The notes beneath the pieces are model-generated. The model was not told where the DNA came from. It worked only from the letters and a program-made list of their open reading frames with translations, and ran no database searches. From contig CAJINV010000004.1 in the NCBI GenBank assembly GCA_905178155.1, forward strand, positions 2,502,228 through 2,566,227: DNA of 64,000 nt. The letters are read 5' to 3'. Every line of letters starts with the position of its first letter. The first letter of the stretch is position 1. The position numbers and the translations under genes were made by a program. Below, piece by piece: positions 12,301-23,500 of this stretch. The DNA comes from Amoebophrya sp. A120 (lineage: Eukaryota > Protista > Dinoflagellata).

Positions 12301-13083
12301 GAATTTGTGATGCTGTATTTGAGTACACCAGTCGACTTGTATTGCTAGAAGGCCAAGAGACGAAGCTGCGGCCTAAATTGCAGGTAATCTGTCATGCTGT
12401 TTCCCACTTCCAGTTGCCTCCTGTCATCCTGGAGCTGCAAGGCTTTCCCACGCTAGACAGCACTACAGTCTGCATCTTTTGCCTTCTAGCATCACAAAGC
12501 TGATTTGTGGCCACAAATCTGCATCACAGACTTCCGCTTTGATATGGGGAGGGGGGATTTTTCCTTTTGATACCACACACAGCAGGGTCGCAACCGCAAA
12601 TGCGGCAACCATCAGACACTGAGCCACAACGAAGCGTCCGATGTGCCCGCAAGAGGTGTAGGCGTCCTTCTCAGCCTCGGTGTTTCCAGGCAAATCTGCC
12701 AAATCGTCGTAGGAATCGAAAGCAGGCATGGCGAACCCCGCACTGATGCTCACCGCGTCACCGGCTACGCTGACGAACTTGCCGGCAAGGTTCGCATTCG
12801 CGTCGAAAACCCCCTTGGGAATGACGGCAAAAATGAGGAGCTCCTCCATGATATAGCCCGTGACGTAGACAATCAACGCGAACAGGGCGGCACTATGAAC
12901 TGCAAAAGTATCGTACTCGTATTAATGCATGACAAATTTCCTCAGCATGAGAAAGAAAATTTGTAATGCAGATTCACCTTGAGAAAAAAATTTGTAATGC
13001 AGGACTGCAATACGAGTACGATACTTTTGCACAGGATAGGCACCACCGCCACACCCGGCGCCGATCCAGGACAGGATCGTCAT
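9381..13083 (-). CDS. Four-TM membrane protein, amastin/claudin-like topology (8 exons)
   Basis: Removing 6 introners and the GT-AG intron 9492-10731 gives MTILSWIGAGCGGGAALFALIVYV, a long loop, SCGHIGRFVVAQCLMVAAFAVATLLCVV, GALLFLFAVVTFFLFPFSC, WYMAGGFYIYVFQSFLVAGAAGLV and an Ala/acidic tail ending DNVV*. Family assignment is by eye. Confidence 0.75.
9570..10578. repeat. 55-bp direct repeats (9570-9624, 10524-10578) enclosing a hairpin (10080-10230)
   Basis: GCCGCTCTTCGATGATGCATC...CAAGCACAAGTT twice with 3 mismatches; inner ~55-bp inverted repeat rich in GCGAATTT. Confidence 0.8.
10842..11156. mobile_element. Introner family D with internal duplication
   Basis: D TIRs; TSD GCCAC. Confidence 0.9.
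11215..11497. mobile_element. Introner family F
   Basis: TATCGTGAGTAAAAATGTCCCCA...TGGGGACGTTTTTACACAGGATA; TSD CCGCC. Confidence 0.9.
11583..11856. mobile_element. Introner family E
   Basis: E TIRs; TSD irregular (CCGT repeat offset by 3 nt); frame restorable. Confidence 0.8.
11902..12132. mobile_element. Introner family D
   Basis: TSD CGCAT/CGCAG. Confidence 0.9.
12252..12572. mobile_element. Introner family C
   Basis: TSD CCACA. Confidence 0.9.
12894..13038. mobile_element. Introner family B
   Basis: TSD GGCAC. Confidence 0.9.
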
Positions 13084-14553
13084 GATGGTCTTCCTTTCTT
13101 TCCTTCTTCGATTTGGAAAGAAACTAGTACTAGTAGTTTCTTGTAGTTATTTAAATATTTTTTTGGTCAGAGTACAACTGACACTAGTAGAGGTTTTTAG
13201 ATTTGTTTCAAGATTTTTATTCCGGAGTCAAAGGCACCCACTACGGGACGTCGTGGGCTACCCAGCGGCAAAGGGTGAGAGTGAGATCCTGGACAGTTTG
13301 TTTCATCGTTAATATTTGCTGGGAAATAAAATAGATTTCATTTGACTTTGATGTTGACGTCGAAAAAATATAATTTTCACACTTAGACAGAAACCCACGA
13401 AGGAGAAGATGGCCCTCTCCTTGACATTGAAATTTTTCGCACGAAGCCGACGTTCTTTAATATGGTACGAAAGATGCACAAAGAACCGAAGAAATTACGT
13501 TGCGCTTCATGCGGCAAAAACTTGTATAAAACCGTGGCGCGGATGGACGTATAGGACAACCAGTAGTTCTAGTTTTCGCTACGTTTCGCTTTGTACGTGA
13601 TGGTAGGACGAAATTATATCACCGAGGTGCTTGTCTTCTACAGCGGATACCTCTATCACGAACCGACCTCGATGGAATGCTAACGAATTATGATAATGAC
13701 TGCCTACAATACTCTGAACGACTCCGAATTCATCTTTTTTGTTTCGACCTAGCACTTCTACCGAGTTCTGTTTTCATGGAATCACTTTCTTCTGCGACAA
13801 AAGAAAGGGCAGGGTCCGAGGTGTGACACCCACGATTTTCTTGTGTACGACCGAAACAAGGTGCGACTTTTAATAAACTCCAGAGTTGCTAGAAATACTC
13901 AAACATGCTTGAAGCACTATACAAACACAACCGGGTTTTCCGGTATACAAACAAATCATGCGCGAGACCCAAGCCTCTTAGCAAGTTTTTGAAGCAGGCG
14001 AGCAAGTGAGTCCGGAACAGCAAATAGAGGTAGAAGCAACACCAGCAGCGAGTCCCGACGAACTCAATGGAGGTTCATCTAGTACCTAGTTCACACAACT
14101 ACAAGCACGAGCCGTTGTTCATAGCAGGTTTAGGTGGAGAATACATTTCCTCCTCCAGCTGCGGTGCAAGTGCGAGTTGCGAGGAGGTTGTAGTAAACCT
14201 GTGTCAAGCACGCCATAACTTCATTTTTTTAGGGAGATCCTATTTATTGAAAAAAACACACGACGTGTTGAAGTAGCTAGTAGCTAAAAAGATGGGTATA
14301 ATTTTTATCCTGCGAAGATTATATACCTCTGCGAGTAATTTGCGAGTAATGACCTGTGTGCGGTTCATCTTGCGTAGAATATTTCACAATTAGTAGGTTC
14401 TTGTGGGACCCAGTTCTAACAAGAAAGGAAGCTGTTGTTCTTGCTTACGTTAACAATATAACCTCACTACGTATGATTTTTTATTTTTTGTAATATCACT
14501 TTATTGTCGTCCGGGTCCGCCGGCACAGATGATAGTGCTGCTGAAGTACATCA

Positions 14554-17500
14554 TTATCCTCGAGCGTCCTTCCCCTCTTCCCCGGCTTTAGTTTTGCTCT
14601 TCCCTGCAGCTTATCAAATGTAAAAATGTCTGGGTCTGGAAGATTCTGAGACTTGTCATGCATGTTTTGCCTGGGCCATGATGTCTGTGATGCATGCCCT
14701 AGCATCACAGATTCTGCGCAGGCTTCGCGATGCCTATTCCGCATGACAAATGCCCCCTCCGCTTATCAAAAATTACACTCCCTTTGCTGCTCATGCAATA
14801 CAGATTTTTTTGAAATCCAAATTTAGCATGACAAGTTGCATTCTTCCAGACCCAGACATTTTTACATTTGATACAGCTTGTTGCTGCTCCAGATTTTTCT
14901 GCTCGCGCTGCTCTAGGATCTCTTGTTCCTTCGCAAATTTCAGAAACACTTGCTCCATGGTGGGCTCGCCGAGGGCATAGTCTTCAATGATCTGTAGCGG
15001 GTCCTCAATACACCACCGGAATAAGCTATGAGAGTGCACAACTGCACCTCCCCCTCACTTGTAAGTATAGCATGAACGGCAATACAAGCATCAGCAAGAA
15101 TGCCGGTTTTGCATGACAAGTTTGCACTGGAGTGTAGTGCTATTTGGGCTGCCCGAACTTGTCATGCATAATAGTGACAAGAGGGAGAGCGTGGATTTGG
15201 TATTCTGCATGAGAAATGTTGAGAACGAGGGGGAGTAGTTGTGCACTCTCATATAAGCTCGCGAGCTTAACCTTGTTCTTGTCCCTCCGGCTGCTGCCAT
15301 ATGAGAGTGCACAACTCCCCCTCCCCCTCATTTGTCATGCAAAATACCAAATCCAAAGAAACTGTGCTCCTACTTGGCACTGTTTGCATGACAAGCTCCG
15401 GAAGCCCAAACAGCACTACACTCCAGTGCAAATTTGTCATGCAAACCGGCATTCTTGCTGACCCTTGTATTGCCGTTCATGCTATACAAATGAGGGGGAG
15501 GGGGAGTTGTGCACTGTCATATTCCACGGGTCGTGGTGCCCGAGCCCGAGGAGGAGGGGCCTCCACGCGGAGGTATTACAACTTGTTCGGACTCAAGGAA
15601 TTCATCCTGGTGGGGCGCTGCACTAGTGCCGCCTTTTTGCTCCTCACTACTTCCCGAGCGACCTCCCGCTCCACTTGGAAGAGGACTTCTTTTACTTCCG
15701 CCCACAGAGGACAGAGATCCACTTTCCGGCGCGGCGAGAAAAGTACTTGACCGCTGCTCGCGGTCGCGTACGGTGTTATAATTTCTGCCACTCTCAACAG
15801 CTACATCACCGGTCGTGCCACTAGTAGTAGTTGTACTTCTTTCCGGCAGGCCGGCGGGGACTCCCGCAACAATAGTGGACCCTCCAATGGCCATGCTCGC
15901 AGAGGTTATCCTACTGTAGTCCTCGCGCAGTAGAGAGGCCTCGGAATTGTCCCGATCGTTCGGTTTGGAGAATCCCAGCACAAGCCGCATCTTGTGGACG
16001 CCAAACGGGATGGCTTCGAGGACCTGCAGGTCCTGTATTCCCCGAAAATTTATTTCAACCATGATCCCATGCATTGCCATCCACTTTTTGCATGACGAAA
16101 ACAGAACCTGCTACATGTTTGGCATGACCAATTGGATCTGGATGGCAAAAAATTTTCAGGGAGTATCTTCGTCGTTCGGGATCACTTGCGCTGTGATCAG
16201 GCTCTGGATGATCTTTTGCTGCACATTCTCCATCGTCACGTCCTCTCGTGTAGTTTCGCCATGTCCTACTTGTTGACCAGAAGATCGTACAACTTGCTCC
16301 CGCCCTGTGGTCCGTGTGCCTGCGCTCGCTTGCTCGAGGAATGGTGGTGTTACGCCTTCTTCTTCTATGCGGTCACCCGTGATCTGGAGCCTAGATAGCA
16401 GGGACCGACCTGTTGACGATCTTCGGCCTATGAACGTCTCGTCTTTTTGTTCCTCGTCCTGATTTATATTTATTTCGTGTTTTTCGATATCTTTCAAGAT
16501 GCTGCTCTGCATCATTTGATGATGCGCCACTGTTTTGTTATTGTTCTTCACGGAAGTAGACGTTGTTACAGATTCAGCAGAAGCGGCCATGTCATCGTTC
16601 GCCGGTGCGGATCGTCGTCGTCTCTGTGCAGACCCACCTACTTCGTCTACGGCCACTGGCACATCACCTGGCGTTCTGTTAAAAGCCGCAGGCGGTCGCG
16701 GGGTGGTTGTGCTCTCGCCGATATGTTCATGTTGAACCGTCCGGCCGACGTTGCCTGGCTCGTTGGTATGGAAAGAAAAAAGTTCGGCGCAATAACTTCT
16801 CATCTCTATCTATTTTGCATAGCTTTGCATGAGAAATTTTCCAGAGTTTTCTTGCATTGCACGAACACATATTAAGGCACTCGCCCCGTATAAATTGACT
16901 TCCGTCAGGCATTTTTACGCGTGGCTGACAATTTTTTAGAGACCGGCACGCTCTGAGACCTAAAACGCGAAACACGACGGCAGCACGAAGGACGCTTGTG
17001 ATTTTCCGGGAAATTAAATACCGGGAATCACGTATATCGCCCGTGAAACAGATTGCCCGCTCCCCGGGGGATCCGCCCTCACCCGGGGGATCCGCCCTCA
17101 CCCGGGGGATCCACCCTCATCCCGGGGACCCGCCTTCGCCCCGGGGATCCGCCTTCGCCCGGGGGATCCTCCCTCGCCCGGGGGATCCGCCCGTCCCCCG
17201 GGGGTGCCGCCCGTTCCCCGGGGATCCGCCCTCACCCGGGGGATCCACCCTCATCCCGGGGATCCGCCCTTGCCCCGGGGATCCGCCTTCGCCCGGGGGA
17301 TCCACCCTCGCCCGGGGGATCCGCCCGTCCCCCGGGGGATCCGCCCGTTCCCCGGGGGTCCGCCCTCACCCGGGGGATCCGCCCTCTTTGCGGGGATCCG
17401 CCTTCGCCCCGGGGATCCGCCTTCGCCCGGGGGATCCGCCCTCACCCCCGGGGATCCACCCGTTCCCCGGGGGGTCCGCCCGCTCTCCGGGGGGTCCGCC

Positions 17501-20500
17501 CGTTCTCCGGGGGTCCGCCCGCTCCCCGGGGGATCCGCCCTCGCATCGGGGGGCCCGCCCTGTTCCCGGGGAAATCCGCCCGGCTGAGGTAGTGCGTACC
17601 ACGGGGGAAAGGGCACGAAAGACGACACAAATTGGGCCAGGGGATTCCGGAGAGGATTTTGGAGTCTCCGGAGGAATCCTCTCCGGAATCCCCTCCCGAA
17701 ATCGACGCTGTACCGCCGGGGAAAGACCGCGAAGGACGGCGCGAATCCGGTCAGAGGATTCCGGAGAGGATTTTGGAAGCCTCTGCGGAATCCTCTGTGG
17801 AATCCTCTCCCGAAATCGAGGCCGTAGCATCGGGGAAACAAAGGGCGCGAAAGACGGCTCAACGCGGGCCAGAGGATTCCGGAGAGGATTTTGGAATCCC
17901 CTCCGGAATCCTTGGCGGAATCCTCTCCCGAAGTCGAGGCCTTAGCATCGGGGAAAGGGCGCGAAAGACGGCGCAACCTGGGCCAGAGGATTCCGGAGAG
18001 GATTTTGGAATCCTCTGCGGAATCCTCTGTGGAATCCTCTCCCGAAATCGAGGCCGTAGCACCGGGGAAAGGGCGCGAGACGGTTCAACTTGGGCCAGAG
18101 GATTCCGGAGAGGATTTTGGAATCCTCTCCGGAATCCTCTGGGGAATCCCCTCCCGAAATCGAGGCCATAGCATCGGGGAAAGGGCGCGGAAGACGGCTC
18201 AACCTGGGCCAGGGGATTCCGGAGAGGATTTTGGAATCCTCTGCGGAATCCTCTGTGGAATCCTCTCCCGAAATCGAGGCCGTAGCATCGGGGAAAGGGC
18301 GCGAAAGACGGTTCAACTTGGGCCAGAGGATTCCGGAGAGGATTTTGGAATCCTCTGCGGAATCCTCTGGGGAATCCTCTCCCGAAATCGAGGCCGTAGC
18401 ATCGGGGAAAGGGCGCGAAAGACGGTTCAACTTGGGCCAGAGGATTCCGGAGAGGATTTTGGAATCCTCTGCGGAATCCTCTGGGGAATCCTCTCCCGAA
18501 ATCGAGGCCGTAGCATCGGGGAAAGGGCGCGAAAGACGGCGCAACCTGGGCCAGAGGATTCCGGGAAGGATTTTGGAATCCTCTGCGGAATCCTCTGTGG
18601 AATCCTCTCCCGAAATCGAGGCCGTAGCATCGGGGAAAGGGCGCGAAAGACGGTTCAACTTGGGCCAGAGGATTCCGAAGAGGATTTTGGAATCCTCTCC
18701 GGAATCCTCTGGGGGATCCTCTCCCGAAATCGAGGCCGTAGCATCGGGGGAAGGCCCTCCGAGCCGGACCAAATTGGGCCAGAAAATCCGCGAGGCAAAT
18801 TCCGCGGGAAATGTGCGCCGGTTTGCCGCGCTTCCAAATCCGGCGGCAAACAGCACGGGACTCTGCCACTTCGCTCGTTTTTGTGTTGTTTTGAAACGCT
18901 TAGCCAAAGCAAACACAATCACGAGCGGACTGCGTCGCCACAAGAGGCAAATCGCGTGACATTTACAAGGCCAATCACCATGGGAGTACTCTCCGGCGGC
19001 CGCGCTGGTTTTTGAGGCTACAGGAGCGGAGCGGGTTGTTTTTTAGGGCCCACAGCGTACCCTTCTCTTTTTTATTGCAAAATAAAGAACTCATATAAGT
19101 GATCGTGACAAGCTTTTTTCGTTTGATAATTGGTTGGCTCGTTGTAATACAGCAGATGGCGAGAGACGTCGTGCGCCGCGGTCAATCCATCAGAAGATTC
19201 GGAGTCCTCCGAAGAAGCAATAGAAGAAGATGCGTGGAGGGACAGAGCCACTTCTGTGTCCTCATCGTTCATCTTCTCGTGGTCTCCTTGTGGTCGTCTT
19301 ATCATTTCGATTTCATTTCTTCCACTTCCTGCCCCGACGTCGCTCGCGTTTACTTGTTGTAGGTCTCGCGGCTGGCGGTGGTGCGAAAAATTCAGCATCG
19401 TAAGGCGAGGACTTCTACCCTCGCCCACCTCCACCTCGCTACTAGTACTACTTTTACTACCCCGTGGCATCATGTTATGAGAGTGCACAACTCCCCCACT
19501 TTCCCGTCATTTGTAGTGCATCTGTACAGGCAAGAACGGAAAGCATCTGAAAAATTATGCAGTGCTTGCACCATGACAAACGACCTAGACCCGGTCCCGG
19601 AACAAAGTGCAGATTGGGCTTCCAGATAACTTGCCATGGAAACGTAAGTAGCCAAAAGGCTGAGCCTGAGACGGGATCTGGCACTTTTGCATGACAAATG
19701 AGGAAGGGAGTTGCGCACCACTCATCTCGTACATGTCGACCGTTGAGTGGGCACGCAGCACCTCGCGCGAGGTGGGTTCCGGGTGCGCTACGAGCATGGG
19801 AAACCCGTGGGGGCCGAGGACGGTGCTGAAATGTTTTTGCTCCCGCCTGTCTTTGTTGGGTCCTCGTCGTGGTTGTCTACTAGCGAGATTTCGTGTGCTC
19901 GAAGTTCCTCTACCTCCGGTAATGGATGTGTCAATAAACGATAAAGTACTTCTAGGAGGCACTATTTCACTTTTGTCCGCCGGGAAGAACGGGTCCAAAC
20001 TCCGATCTTCTTCTCCCTCTTCCTCGCCCTCATCTAGATGAAGTTCTGACTGGAATCTTTCACCCTCTGGCCCAACGACCTGACGGGTGGTTTTCTTGGT
20101 CCCTGACCCTGAGTTTACTTTTCGCGTTCTCTGATGCAGGTCCTCGTGGCCCCTTTTGCTTTCGCTATTGCTGCTTCCCTCGCCGTAATTGTCTTCTGGT
20201 AGATGATCTACAGATACGAGCTGCTGTATTGCTCGTCCACCTACTTCTTCACTGTGGTTTATTGCTTGTTCTTGACCAACATGATACTCGTCATCCTGAG
20301 AGGCTGAATCCCTGAACAACGACATCATGGTCGCAGCAGCTGCGCCCGCAGAGCTTATCTCCTGTCTCTCCGGATGAAGATGCTTTAGCTCTCCTTGTTC
20401 GCCTTGTACAATGGCTTCCAGCGCGGCAACTTCCTTCCTAGCCTGCGCGTCCTCGGGCCGCGAGACCCGGAGAAATTCATCTTGTTCGCGGCTTGTGGTA

Positions 20501-23500
20501 GTTCCCTGCTGCCTACTATGGAATGCAAATATGTGTGGGTCTGGAAGAATGCAAGTTTGTCATGCTTGGCTCACATGACTCTTAAATCTGTAATGCATGA
20601 GCAGGAAAAAAGTAAAAGGCTGTCCTCTGTCATGCATATATGCAACTTGTCATGCGGAAAGCGAAACACACAGGAGCTCCCAAACTTGTCATGCGTGGCT
20701 GCATATTGTAATGCGCCCACCATTCACAAACTAGCATCAGAAGCTTCCAGACCCAGACATTTTTGCATTTGATACCTACTTTTCACTTCGATGTCTCTGT
20801 TCAGGGACGCACGGATTTGCTGCGTCAGCGTTGGAGGCTGAAGGTGCGAAGTAGATACAGCTCCAGGTCGTCCAGGACTTGAAGTTGATATTGATCCTCT
20901 CCTGGGGGCGGGTAATATCAAAGCGAGATTTATTTTGTTTTCTTCGTTGGACGTCGCGTCTTTTGCAATTCCGAGTTCTTCTCTATCCTCGTCTTCCCGG
21001 CCTAGCAAGGAAAGAATGTGACTCCGGGTACTTCTTTCAGGGATATTTGGTCCAAGAGCCACGTCGTCCGCAACTGACCGTTTGTAATTTTCCGAGCTTC
21101 TTTTTTGCGAAGATGACGTTGACGTCTCAGCGAATTTTGTTCTAGGTGTACTAGATTGGAGGTCTCTGTGCTTTTGATGGCCACCCGCACCGCCGGCCCG
21201 CCTCAAGTCTCGCATCGAGGGCATCTGCATCGCCGACGCAGGGTAGGCGAGCAGCGTTTCCTGGTCCTTCGCGGAGAGTACCCGACCGCTGCGTACAAAC
21301 TCCGCCACGGCCCGCTCCTCGGCGGTGGGTTGCAGGTTCAGATTGAGTATGGATTGCAAAAGTACTTCTATAACCGAGCGAGTCCTTGCTCTTGCAGTAT
21401 TTCTTGTATGAGAAATTTATTGCTCAGCATTAAAACGAAATTCAATTTCAGCATCATGCAGAGAAGGTACTAGAGAAACACATCTGTCATGCCTGCGGGG
21501 AGATACCGTCTACAACAACTGTGGGGCTTTTAAAATACTTTCGCATCGAAGTGGATATTCAGTTCGAGGTGGTACCCGTTCCCGTACTGGTTTTTGATGT
21601 GCAGTGTCTCGCCCAAACACTGCAGCCGGCCCGCAACCAGGATCCCCACGCGGTCGCAGGTTGCGTCGGCTTCCATCATCGAATGGGTCGTCGTGATGAC
21701 GGTCTGTCTATCAAATGAAATAAACATGTCTGGGTCTGGGAGAATGCAAGATTTGTCATGCAGTTTTTCCTAGCTCCCTCAAATCTGGAATGCGGGCCCT
21801 AGCATCTTCACAGGTTCGGAAGTCCCTTCGTGAAGATGCGTACTCTGCATGAGAAATTAATACCCTCTCAGCATGGCCACGGCCAGAAGTGAGCAACTGT
21901 TCTTGCCAGTCAACATGCAACACAAATGTTTGTACGATCCGCAATTCGCATGACAAGTTCCGCTCTTCCAGACCCAGACGTATTTGCAGTTGATACTGTC
22001 CCCGGGGCCGGTTGATCAGTTTGTTCCACAATGAGCGCTGGGCCACTATAGCGTTCTCAAACGTTACAATCTCAACTGTTACATGAATTTGTCATGCAAA
22101 AATACCGTGAGCATCCACAAGATCAAGCTGCTTCGCATGACAAATTTGCGAAGGGCTAAACAGCACCAAAATCTGCGCAAAATTTGTATTGCAAAAGGCG
22201 CTATCTTCCTCCTTTCACTTTTCCCATTCTTGCATCACAAATTCATGTTGTAACACTTGAGAATGTAACAGTTGAGAACGCCATAGCCACTATGTCCACC
22301 CCGGCCGACATCTCGTCGAGAAACACGACGTGCGGGTCGGTGATCAGAGTGAGCGCCACGGAAAGCTTGCGCTTCATCCCCCCGGAGTACTCGCCACTTG
22401 CTCGGTCGGCATCTTCCGGAGACAGCGACACATCTCGAAGAAATCTTTCGATGCGAGCCTCCCCAAAGTCGGCGGGCGGGTTTTTACTACTTTTTGTTTG
22501 TTGGTCTTTTTTTGTGCTAGAGAAAGAGAAGTAGGACGAAGATGCTGCTCCTGTTGCACTCGTGCCTAAGTTGCTCTCCATGTTACTGGTGGTGGCATCA
22601 AATGAACCTTCATCTTCCTCTTCCGAAGAGGTGGCTGTCTCCGCGCTGTCTTCTGACGTCGATAGGTCATCTTCTTTTCCGGGCGGAGAGGCCGATGCAC
22701 CGTTATAAAACTTGACACTTTTGTCTGCGACGTTGTCTTGCTGATTCTTTTTCTTCTCGACGCTTGCCAACACCCTCTCCCGCTTTGCTGCTTTCGTGGT
22801 TTGCTCGGAGGACGCGGCGAGGCCGATTCTCTTGCTAGAAGTTGTACTAGCGAAGGCGGACGAACCTCCAGGAGGATCTCCACCTCCCGGTTGTAGTTCC
22901 TTATCCCTTCCCAGCAGCACAGTTTGATTTCCTTCTTCCCTTGCCGACGCGGCGAGCACGTCCTGCATGCGTTTCCGCGTTTTCACCCGTTTCTTATTCT
23001 TTGAGGGCTTTTTGCTCATCTCCAAGCTGAGGAACGCCTTGCGCCGCTGCTGCCGCGCTTCCTCGTCCGCCGCAGTAGGGGGATCGTACATTCCGGAGAT
23101 GCGACTGTAAAACCTCAAGTGCGTCCTCGCCGACACGCGGGGCCACAGTTTGTCGAACTGCGGCGCGATCTATGACAGCGCACAAGTGGTCCACCTCTCC
23201 CTCGTCTGTATTCTTGCAAGAACAGCAACACAAGCAACGGCAGCCATGTGGCTTCCGCGTGACAAATCTGCACAGGGAGTGCAGTACTGCTTGAGATTCC
23301 AAAATTATTTGGCATGCAGACACTCCCTACTACAGGTACGATGTGGACTTGGTATTTTGCATGACAAATGAGGGGACGAGGGGGGGTTGTGCACAACTCT
23401 CATACGATCCCGGTGAGCGTGCGCGCAAAGGTGAACGCGTCGGCGGCCGTATCCTGAGTAAAAACGTACCCACCCCAGAGTTGTCATGCAAAACAAAATG

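Larger units (their letters stand above)
16767..19128. mobile_element. Family K-like introner expanded by ~2.1 kb of satellite cargo
   Basis: TATGGAAAGAAAAAAGTT...AGCTTTTTTCGTTTGATA; TSD GTTGG/ATTGG; join EPTN-EPGNV is in frame. Confidence 0.75.

Noticed and set aside
17600-18760. CRISPR-like array of palindromic repeats
   Set aside because: The sequence between palindromes is also repeated, so there are no unique spacers; no cas genes; eukaryotic context.
16998-19015. Long repetitive ORFs (up to 374 aa) on both strands
   Set aside because: They arise from stop-poor satellites whose 114-bp unit is a multiple of 3; they are open in several frames and lie inside an intron.
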